A stretch of 64,000 nucleotides of DNA, taken from contig KE560636.1 of NCBI GenBank assembly GCA_000442015.1, positions 1 through 64,000 on the forward strand, in the 5' to 3' direction. This document shows, in pieces, positions 52,551-64,000 of the stretch. A model generated the notes under the pieces. It was not told the origin of the DNA and did not search any database. It saw only the letters and a program-made list of their open reading frames with translations. How positions within the stretch are numbered: position 1 is the first letter of the stretch; every line of letters starts with the position of its first letter. This DNA comes from Rozella allomycis CSF55. Its lineage: Eukaryota. The translations under genes were made by a program, and so were the position numbers.

Positions 52551-52754
52551 TTAAATGATAGCAATACGCATTTTCTTTTGGTTATTTGTTGGTGCACTAA
52601 CACTTGAATGCTTCCGTTTACTTCCTTTTAGATATCGGTTTATTATTGACGCTTTCAGCAGACTCATTTTTGGTGAATTTGGCACTTTTGCTCCGGTTTT
52701 AAGTGATACATAAGCCATTCGAACTCTTAGTTTGTCTACAGCGTCAACAGGCAT
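52551..52754 (-). CDS. Small hypothetical protein, possible Whi5/Nrm1-like motif; start uncertain
   Basis: 67-aa ORF with VDKLRVRMAYVSLK and a basic tail. Confidence 0.35.
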   Translation of the reverse strand: MPVDAVDKLRVRMAYVSLKTGAKVPNSPKMSLLKASIINRYLKGSKRKHSSVSAPTNNQKKMRIAII

Positions 52755-52896
52755 TAAAGAAATGGATGTGTTTCCACTTGGAGGCTGGTTGCACTATCCT
52801 CTAAGAATAGATGTACATTCTAAAAATAACTAATAGAATATTTCAGTTGAAAATCTAAAAATAGATCTTGACATTCACTTTCATCTTATGCAAAAT

Positions 52897-53382
52897 TTAT
52901 TTAATGTCCGCAGGATCAACAGTATGCTTAATAGCAGTCCTGCACATGGGACATTTTGAAGGACTTAATTTCTGAGCGCATGCCAAACATGAGCAGTAGT
53001 GACCGCAAGGAATAAAGACCACTTCCTTTTCAGTATCCAAGCAAATAACACACTCTTTCTCATTTTCATCTGTAAATATTTCAATATTTTCAAATTTGGG
53101 TGTTTCATCAACCTTGTCTTTCTTAATAGTTGGTTTCTTTTTCCTTCCGCGTGAAACATTCGGAGCCTCGTCAAGAACTGTGATAGGATCTCGAACTCTA
53201 TAAAAATAGCAAGAAGCTGTTTGTGAAAGAGTTATGCTTTCTCTGGGGACACTAAAATACCTTCCTTCTTGGCGAATCGCCCTGGGAAATTGGCAATTCG
53301 CATCATTGTAATAGCCCGGAGAAATAATACGTACGCGTAGTCTGCCACCTTCTTTGACGCATTTTAGAAAAACCTCCGCCAT
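52897..53382 (-). CDS. Intronless C3HC4 RING-finger protein with an uncharacterised N-terminal domain
   Basis: CVICLD...FIPCGHYCSCLACA...CPMCR; N-domain LKCVKEGGRLRVRIISPGY...NCQFPRAIR. Confidence 0.88.
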   Translation of the reverse strand: MAEVFLKCVKEGGRLRVRIISPGYYNDANCQFPRAIRQEGRYFSVPRESITLSQTASCYFYRVRDPITVLDEAPNVSRGRKKKPTIKKDKVDETPKFENIEIFTDENEKECVICLDTEKEVVFIPCGHYCSCLACAQKLSPSKCPMCRTAIKHTVDPADIK

Positions 53383-53564
53383 TTACCAAAAAACCTAGAA
53401 ACCTTGTTCATAGAAAATTCGAACCTATTTTTTGACACAAGATTTCAATGGATAAATATTTCTTGTTGCTCCAACTCCTTTAATTTTTAAAGTACTAGTC
53501 ACTAGGGTTTGGTAAAATACAATAAACAATCAAAATGCTGAGGATGGGGTAATAATTGTTAAAT

Positions 53565-55081
<1,517 letters not shown>

Positions 55082-55300
55082 CTAAACATGAAATAGAAAA
55101 TGATGAATAATGTGTTAAGAAAAATCCACGAATTTAAATAAAAGGGTTGAAAATGAAGATAGAAATGTCATTACTTTCTAATTAAAGTTTACAATGATAT
55201 GCGAGTAAATTTATTAATATATTTTAGATTTATTGCATGGACAGATAGGTATTGATTAATTCAGCGAAACTTTTTCGGTTGACGAAAAGAAATTTAGGAA

Positions 55301-56446
55301 ATGACTATCAAAGCTCAAGATTCTGTTATACATCTGTCAGCTCCAAATCTACCTTGGTATTTGTTATATTATTGTTTAATAGGCTTGAAAAGTATAGACC
55401 TAAAGTTTTGGCTGACGTGGTTGGAAATGAGGATATCATTTCAAGATTAAAGGTGATCGCAAAGCAGGGAAATATGCCCCATATGATTTTGTCTGTACTA
55501 TATTGAGTAGGTTTTAATAGGGTGCTCCAGGTATCGGCAAGACTACTGCAATTATGGCACTTGCTCGCGAACTTTTAGGTGATAGTATGAAAGATGCTGT
55601 TCTTGAATTAAATGCCTCTGACGACAGGTAATTTAGAGAAAATAAATCTTGTTTCAGAGGTATTGATACAGTTAGAGACAGAATAAAAACGTTTGCTCAA
55701 AAGAAAGTTACATTGCCAGCAAATGTTCATAAAATTGTCATATTAGATGAAGCTGATAGGTAAATGTTTATTATATTTTGGAACATAGTATGACAGCTGG
55801 TGCACAACAAGCTTTAAGAAGGATAATGGAAATGTACTCAAATACAACCAGGTTTGCGCTTGCATGTAACATATCATCAAAAATCATAGAACCTATCCAA
55901 AGTAGATGCGCAATTTTAAGATTTACCAAACTAAGTGACGATGAAATTCTCTATCGATTACTATCAATTTGCCGGGAGGAAAATGTGGAATATCAACATG
56001 AAGGTCTTCAAGCTTTATTATTTACTTCCGATGGTGACATGAGACAAGCCATAAACAATCTTCAGTCTACATTTTATGGCTTTGGATTTATTAACGCTGA
56101 AAATGTTTACAAGGTTTGTGATCAGCCGCATCCTACAATTGTTCAAGATATTGTCAAAAGCTGTTTGGCCAAAGACATTGAAAAGGCATTGTTACTTTTA
56201 AAGAATCTATCTTCAATGGGGTATTCGTCAATAGATATCATTGGAACATTTTTTAAAGTTGTCAAAAACATGGACGATATAAACGAGGCACTTCAGTTAG
56301 AGTTAATTAAAGAAATAGGATTTGTTCATATGAGAGTATTGGAAGGATTAACATCATTTTTGCAACTTAGTGGTTTGATTGCTAAAATGACTCGAGTTTC
56401 AATGGGAAAGGATGCAGAAAAGGCATTTACCGTAACGATTAAATAA
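55301..56446 (+). CDS. RFC4: Replication factor C small subunit (yeast Rfc4 / human RFC2)
   Basis: [64 protein letters not shown]. Confidence 0.94.
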
Positions 56447-56569
56447 AATAATTATATATTTGATTGTAACCGCATTTTTTCAAAGAATTAATTCTTTTAG
56501 TTAGAAAGACATAAATCAATTAGCTTTGTAGAGTAAAACAATTTGCTACTTTTATTGCAATATTATAAA

Positions 56570-57165
56570 TTAATCATAATGCCTCTCAATCAATTGAAGG
56601 TCAGGATCGCCCGGTTCAATTTCATTAAATCTATACGTTAGTTCATGTAACTCAGATATGTTTAATATCTTGACTTTGTTGTTCTCGATACAATTTGATG
56701 TTTGAGAAGTATAATCTCTATCTTTTGCTTGTTTATTTACCACAGGAGTAGAAGCAAGTATTTCAAGATTGGTCGCAACTCCTTTCATTTCCCGGAAATG
56801 CTTCGCTTTTCTTCTGGACAAAGGATACGGCCTCACTACAAGGTAATGATTAGGTTTTGAATAATCTTTCTGTATAGATTTGACATCTCTTTGTGGTTTT
56901 CCTTTAAAGCGATATGTGACATCTATTTTTCCATTCTCAATTGATTCGATAATCCAGTCCGGGTCGTATACTTTATACCCGTTGTGAATTTTCTTCTTCC
57001 GAGTGGTAATAATAATACCATCTTTTGGTAACTGTTGTAAACTAGAGACACATGATCCCCCGTATTTATCTATAAAACACAAGCTATGTCCTTACCGAAT
57101 AATTGGCAATATGTCTTGGGAACACTTTTATCAAAGTATGCGAATGACATGAAGAAAACGGTCAT
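56570..57165 (-). CDS. BRCT-domain protein
   Basis: KYGG...VYDPDWIIESIENGK BRCT signature. Confidence 0.6.
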
Positions 57166-57292
57166 GATGTTTAAAACAAGCTTCGGGCAAAATTCCTATT
57201 AAATTGACTCGATTACACAGTCAACGTTCATCTTGAGCTTGAATAATCATTAATAATAAAATATTTGTGTGATAACAAAAATAGTTTATTTT

Positions 57293-58677
57293 CTATTTGT
57301 ATTTGGTGCTTCAATATAATTTACCATCTTGTACTTTGAGCAGCGCATGGCATTCGGCATTTCCTATTTATTTTGTTTAAATAAAATACCTGGATGGCTT
57401 TATGAACAGAAGGATGATCTAATCCAAAAAAATCTTGGGTAGAAACATACTCACTCGCTTCTACATATGCTTCTCGACTTCGTAGCTGTGTAACAAATAT
57501 TCTCCATAAATCTTGAGGAGATGAAGACGTTGCCACTGTTTGTCCAGACGTTTCTGATATTGAAAACTGCTAAGAACTTGAATTGATGTATTACGATTGG
57601 TTTATCAGCCCCTTCACTAATTGAGCAAATCAAAAAGTCTTTAATTGATGGGTCATTGAGATCTGTAAATTTTCTTCTTGCGTGGTACCCAACAGGGTAT
57701 ATATACTTCTCTGTATGGAAAAACGGTTTATCGCAGATAACGTGACCAAGAGAGTCTATTGATATTCTCGCTTGCGATTTTCCAAGAACTACTGGCAGCA
57801 CATATTCTCCTCTATTATTTCTTGGAAGAGATTTCACCCGAACTGGTTTTTCCCTGTCAAGTGGTGATTGCTCGGAGCTTTGTGGTTTTTGCATTTGTGC
57901 GACCTGGACATTGTTGGCGAAAGGATTTGGCTGGAAATGTTGTGCATACATAGGAGTTTGATGGCTAAGTGTTTGCATGGCGATAGCGGCATGTGAAACC
58001 ATATGAAGAGGGTTCAAGTATGATCCTTGTGTTCTATCAAATGTACCTTGTCTTAGATGAGCATACGGCGACAAAACTTTGTTTTGGAAAATCATAGGCA
58101 CTCTATTCACATTCTGGACATTAACCTGTGGCGCTAATGTGACTTTGAGNGACATTGTTCGCGAAAGGATTTGGCTGAAAATGTTGTGCATACATAGGCG
58201 TTTGATGGCTAAGTGTTTGCATGGCGATAGCGGCATGTGAAACCATATGAAGAGGGTTCAAGTATGATCCTTGTGTTCTATCAAATGTACCTTGTCTTAG
58301 ATGAGCATACGGCGACAAAACTTTGTTTTGGAAAATCATAGGCACTCTATTCACATTCTGGACATTAACCTGTGGCGCTAATGTGACTTTGAGTCTTTCT
58401 TCAAAGGCTTCATCTTCCCACTTGCTTTCTGGTTCTTGAAGAGTACATAATTTGTGTGCATTATCATCATTATAATAAATTTCTAACGCGAGACTAAATT
58501 CTACTTTGAAAATATTTTTACAAACATTCCTGCCTGAGGTTGTTCATAATTTTCTCATTTTCATCGATCAAAGACCTCAGTTTTCTCCCTTCCTTGATAC
58601 AATAATATAATTTGTGGTACCTTTTCAAGAGCTTTTTGCTTTTGTTTTAGTTTTACGTAACGTTCTTTAAAAGTCAT
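57293..58677 (-). CDS. FYRN/FYRC domain protein, TBRG1-like (internal assembly duplication at N58150)
   Basis: FKERYVKLKQK N-terminus; LPVVLG...SLGHV...FHTEKYIYPVGY (FYRN); DFFGLDHPSVHKAIQEMPNA (FYRC). Confidence 0.8.
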
Positions 58678-58834
58678 GATAGCTGAAATTTCACAAGTAC
58701 GGAAGTATTAATAAAAATGGGGAGAATGATCTGAATATGCAAAATGATGACATTTAATTTTAAGTGTTTATAATACAAGTAAAAACTATGCAGCCGCCAA
58801 AAACAAATTAAATGAATCATCAGATTTGCCACAT

Positions 58835-59035
58835 TTATTCCACAACAGACACTTCATTCGATTCTTTTGAGTTTGCTTTATTCGCCAATATACCTTCAAG
58901 CATCAATTGTTCTTCACGTTTTACTTGACGATAGTGAGGAACAAGAAAAAACACTGTATAGGCAGGGAAAAGAAATAATGGATTAGATAGTTCAAAGGGG
59001 AGCAGTCCGAATAAACCAAAGTTTCTTGAACTCAT
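58835..59035 (-). CDS. Small single-TM hypothetical protein (66 aa)
   Basis: ORF with one hydrophobic helix; ACCCC motif upstream. Confidence 0.5.
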   Translation of the reverse strand: MSSRNFGLFGLLPFELSNPLFLFPAYTVFFLVPHYRQVKREEQLMLEGILANKANSKESNEVSVVE

Positions 59036-59327
59036 ATCTCTTCAATATTGATGAGAACTAGAACCGGGGTTTCTGATTGCTTATCAACTATTTGACAAAA
59101 TAAATCTACATGAAAAAGAACCACAGATTATTCAGATGATCAGATCAAAATGTCAGTGACCTTTTAATGATGATGTCAATTGTAATCGAAAGTTTGTGTT
59201 GATCACCGATTACAACTAGCTCGGACTTTCTCATGTTATGAAGATTTTACAGAGAAAGAAATATTTATGAATAAATAATCATCTCAATATTTATTTTCAG
59301 TCATTTTGACATTGTGATTTTTCGAAA

Positions 59328-61521
59328 ATGGCGACAGCGAGAAACAAAACCTTGAAGCCTCCACAAGAGTTAGATTTAGAAATACCTGTTTGTTTGACAA
59401 AATTTCATGATATAGATGACACAAAGCCTGTATTTCCTGCATCTAAAGGAAAAGGAGTAGTTACGAATCAAAGGCAGCAGGAAAATATAGATTCTAATAT
59501 AAAAAGAAAAATGCCGATGGGCGCAAATTCACATAAACGCCCAAGGTTAGATATTCCACCACCTGTACCTGTGAAAAAAGCTATGGTATCGAAACCAGCA
59601 ACCAGAGTTGCAAAGCCAGCTCCAGTTTCCAGAAGTAGGGTTACGGTTCCAAAGACTGCTAGTGGGAGACCAATGTCTACTTTGGAATTGCAGGTAAAAT
59701 ATTAGTAATTGAGTGAGGAGAATCAAATGCTTGCGATGGGAGAAAGAACAAGTGCATTAGAATCACAAAATTTAATGGCTCAAGAAACTATTCAAAGCAT
59801 ATCAGATAAGTTAAAAGAGAGTGAAAGTAGAGTGAATGAAATCAAGGCGACACTTGAGAGTAAAGTACAAATCAAGGAAATGGAGTCTGTTGAAAAGCAA
59901 AAAGAAATATATGAGCTGAAAGCCAAGATGCATGTAATCAAAATTTAAATAGTTAAATTTAGCAAAGAGAGTTAGAGATGGATATGAAATTAAGATCTTT
60001 AAATGAGAGTCATGAAATGAACGCAAGAAGTTTAAAGGACGACATAAGCAGATTAAATGAAAAGGTTACTCATCTTAAAAGAGATTGTGAATTCAAGGAA
60101 GAAAAAATATTTCAACTGAATGTAATTAGTCTTGTTAAAGTATAATAGAAAACAATAGAGTCACAATCACTGGCAATGTCTACAGCATCAGTAGATAATC
60201 AAACGTTAAAAGTCAGGCTTGAATCAATGGAAAATGCACATAAAGTTTTGATTAAAGAGAATGAAGAGTTAAAGAGGAAGCTTGAAGAAGCAAATGAAAC
60301 AATTAAAGCGTTGGAAAATCAAATTCAAGTTGATGAAAAGATTAGAAGAAAGTTGCATAATGATATTTTGGAATTGAAGGGAAACATTAGAGTATTTTGT
60401 AGAGTTAGGCCAATCCTACCAGGGGAAAGTGAAAATTCAGAAGAAACGAAAATTCAATTTCCAGAAAGTAAAGAAGAAAATCAGATTGAAATTTTGCAAA
60501 CCACGGAACATTTTTCTGATAATTCAAAACAAATTGTTAAATCTTTACCTTTTCAATATGATCGAGTTTTTCAACCAAATTCTTCTCAAAGCCAAGTGTT
60601 TAATGAAATATCGCAGCTTGTCCAATCTTCACTAGATGGTTACAGAGTTTGCGTTTTCGCTTACGGTCAAACTAACAGTGGAAAATCTTACACAATGGAA
60701 GGCCCCGCGATATTTGATGAAGACACAGCTGGAATGGTAAAATCAAACCATCATTATTTAATCTTAGATTCCAAGAGCTGTAAAACAAATTTATGAAACT
60801 GCCGAAGAGCTAAAAGAAAAGGGGTGGGAATATGAAATGGAAGCAACTTATGTTGAAATTTACAATGAAAACATTAGAGACTTGCTAGGAAACGGCGAAG
60901 AAAAGAAACATGACATTAGACACTCAAATGGCAAAACTATAATCACAGACATCACAACAAGTAAATTTATTTCTGCATTACGAAATCAGTTCAAGTGAAA
61001 GATGCTAAACAAGTTCTATCGTTAATCGAAAAGGCAAGAAAAAATAGAGCAGTTGGAGAAACTCAATGCAACGAACGTTCATCAAGAAGTCACAGCGTGT
61101 TCATCTTAAAGCTTAATGGCAAAAATTCTATAACAAATGAAGAAACTGAAGGTGTTTTAAATTTGATTGATTTAGCTGGTTCAGAGAGGCTATCAGCTTC
61201 AGGGGCAACTGGTGATCGATTAAAGGAAACCCAAGCTATAAATAAATCTCTCAGCAGTCTCGGTGATGTCATTGCTGCTTTGGCTAACAAAGAGCAACAT
61301 GTACCTTATCGAAATTCAAAATTAACTTATCTATTACAAAACTCTCTAGGCGGTAACTCAAAAACGTTAATGTTCGTCAATATTTCACCATTAGCTCAAA
61401 ACATTCAAGAAACAATTTGTAGTTTAAGATTCGCCACAAAAGTATATTTCATTAATTTTATTCATCATAGGTGAATGCTTGCCAAATAGGAACAGCAAGG
61501 AAAAATATTACACTAAAATAA
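59328..61521 (+). CDS. Kinesin-14 (Kar3/KIFC1-like; C-terminal motor)
   Basis: [66 protein letters not shown]. Confidence 0.93.
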
Positions 61522-61554
61522 ATTTACTTTTGTCTAAGACTCTAAATTTCTTAA

Positions 61555-63541
61555 ATGGATACTCTAGATTATTTAAAATTGTATTTCAATGAAATCAAAG
61601 AAGAAAAACTCTTAGTACAAGAAGAAAAGGTTAAAGAACAATTATTCGACACAGTCCTCAAAGAATACCCCAAACTCAAAAGAGTCGTAGAAAGTGTTCA
61701 AGTTCTAAAAGACCACATATCATTTCTTAAATCCAAAAGACTTGAAAATATATCCATCATCAAGGTAATACTATCTATTCGCTCAAACAGCCACTTTATG
61801 AAAGACTCTCAGAGGAAAGACAGTTACTTGAACAATTGCGAAAACAAAAAATGCAAATAGAAAAAGAAAAAGAAAAGACTGTAATCATGATAAAGTTGGA
61901 AATGTTGCTCAATGATATTATTGTATCAAGTGATATCAACAGAATTGTTACATGCATGTTACAGATAAAGAGAATACTAAAGCAGTACAATATAGAAACT
62001 CAATCATTTGACTTTGTAATTATTACATATTTGTATTATAGAAACTAAAGGAGGCTAAAGAAAAGACCACGAAACAATTGGTAGTCTTGTTTGTTAAAGA
62101 CCCATCGTCAGCCATTAAATATGCCAGTCTTTGTGATTTAATGGATTGTCTATACGACAGATTTAGGGATTACAGGTTCAAACCGTTTATTAAAAAGTAC
62201 CTGGATGTCAAAAAAATGGATTCCAATTCCCTTGAAATTCTTTTACAAAAAATTATAGAATTCTTAAACGAGAATCACTTTAAGGAAATCCAGGAGACTA
62301 TTTCTAAAGTCAAAAATGCATCTTTTATTGTTTATTCAATTCTTCCTACTTTGGTATCCACACTAATTCAACGACACAATTCAATATTTCTTCCTGGAAT
62401 ACCATCCAAATTTCATCAAGTACTTCAATTCTATTCTTTAAATGTAGAATTATAAGCTAATAAATCAATTTATTGATGATTTGAAAAGAATTGCTGCGAA
62501 TGAGGATGAATTAAAGTTGATTAACGAGTCAGCATGTTTAACCGATTTGCTATTAAAATTTAACACTGGAATATATTTTCAAATTTTATATAATGATATT
62601 GTAGCCGAATTAGAAGAAGTCTTTGGAATGCCATCAATCCCGCCACCTTTGGAAGCATACGATATAGAACAAGACGAAAGATTTCATTTCTCTGCTTCAA
62701 CAAGATATCTTTCATCTTTGAACAAAATTTGGAGCGATAAATATTTTATTGGCCGACAAAAGGATATGTTCTGGAAGCTAACGATGCAAGTAAATAATTT
62801 GAACAATTACAATGTAGATGAACCTGAGGTATAAAATGTGGGTAGAATCACAATCCTTTCAAGTACCATAAATAATATTTTATTCTAGGATTTGAAAGGC
62901 AATGTAGCCCTGTACTTTGATGCTAAATCTGTTCCTCTACTTGCCCAGCATATATTCGAAAAAGATATATCCGGTCATTTACCAATGGAACATAAAGAAG
63001 ACTTTTCAGTTGCTTTTAAAAATACAATTATGCTTAACGTCAATGTCGAATCCAAAATATTAGAGTGTCTGTTATATTCTGCCAGCCAAAATATTGAGCA
63101 AGTGAAAACCTTGCCAAACATTTATAGAGGAAACAACAAAGCGGTAATGCATTAATTATTTTAAATTAGTAGATGCCAACAGAAAGTTCAGATTTCTTGT
63201 TATCGTTTTTTGAGCCTTTCCTCACATTTGAAACTACTTACAAGAATGTCATTCAAATTAGCTCTTTTGCTTTAGACTATTGCAGGAATTTGATTCCATT
63301 ATATTGCGAAGCCATCGATAAAGTATTGAAATCCATAAAAATCGCAGAAGAAAGTATAAGGAAATTAAGGAAGGTTAAAACGACATCTTTTCATTCAGAT
63401 GAAGACAAAATTAAAATGCAAATAACTTTAGATATTGATCATTTAATTCAACTTATAACCGCCAAACTTGGTGATCAAGGAAGGTCTTTTGATTTTAATC
63501 AGTTAATTGAGTTGAAAAATTTGATTACCAACAATGTATAA
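61555..63541 (+). CDS. COG2: Conserved oligomeric Golgi complex subunit 2-like
   Basis: IFLPGIPSKFHQNY, KFNTGIYFQI, FWKLTMQ, LPNIYRGNNK-MPTESS, AEESIRKL...SDEDKIKMQITLD. Confidence 0.8.
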
Positions 63542-64000
63542 ATAAACAATATTTAAATTATCTTGCATTAATGCTCGAATGGGAGATCGTCACATTGCTA
63601 ACGTTGAAATATATTTGAAAACGATAGAATGATAGGTCATGCAATTGAGGTTCTCTTGAAACACCTCATGGAACATTACCTACAGTGTTATATATCCGAA
63701 TGTCAAATGTAGACGAAATACTATCACTTTTATAATTCACTTGCTACATTCGTGCGTGGAGAAAGAAAAGGCACAATTAACTAAATTAACTTAATGAATA
63801 TTAGTATTTTCTCTATTACCATCTTGAATATCAGATATGTGCTTCACATGGATTATACTTTTTACTTCGCGCTCATACACCCACGGAGATAATCAGTCAA
63901 CCTCAACTTCGCGTACGCTTGGAGGTAGCATATTGGGCACGAAACTACTATTGGATAAGGATAAGAGAATATCAATAGGCCTTGAATCGATGACGATGAA

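Noticed and set aside
57907-58392. About 240-bp tandem duplication in the TBRG1-like gene
   Set aside because: The copies abut N58150 and differ by a few SNPs, so these are unmerged haplotype contigs
63560-64000. Possible 3' end of a minus-strand gene at the window edge
   Set aside because: Too short, with no recognisable motif

Overview
Eukaryotic nuclear DNA: AT-rich and extremely gene-dense, with about 45 protein genes, many split by tiny (about 24-35 nt) GT-AG spliceosomal introns and separated by intergenic gaps as short as 3-25 bp. Genes for flagellar proteins (CFAP20, CDK20-like, LRRC43-like), true mitochondrial proteins (MIC10, SHE9, MRPL6, probable ATP synthase d) and fungal-type housekeeping functions point, by inference, to an early-diverging zoosporic fungus or fungal relative such as Rozella (Cryptomycota). 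Housekeeping genes fill 0.4-37.7 kb and 50-63.5 kb. A gappy accessory island at 37.8-50 kb (many single-N scaffold joins) holds PIF/Harbinger transposase fragments, a Crinkler-like P-loop gene fragment, 7TM receptor-like paralogs and a TIR-bounded Mutator-like element that also carries a DUF3987-type AAA helicase-like gene. The most unusual signals are: (1) that two-gene Mutator element; (2) three splicing oddities in RPN1, namely three abutting mini-introns with zero-length exons, a duplicated intron around a 3-nt microexon, and an apparent GT-TG intron; (3) transcription-independent G-to-C skew flips; and (4) an intronless RING gene with a giant-virus-like N-terminal domain. No rRNA, tRNA or CRISPR array could be supported. 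Gene boundaries were read by eye and family calls come from remembered motifs, not from searches.
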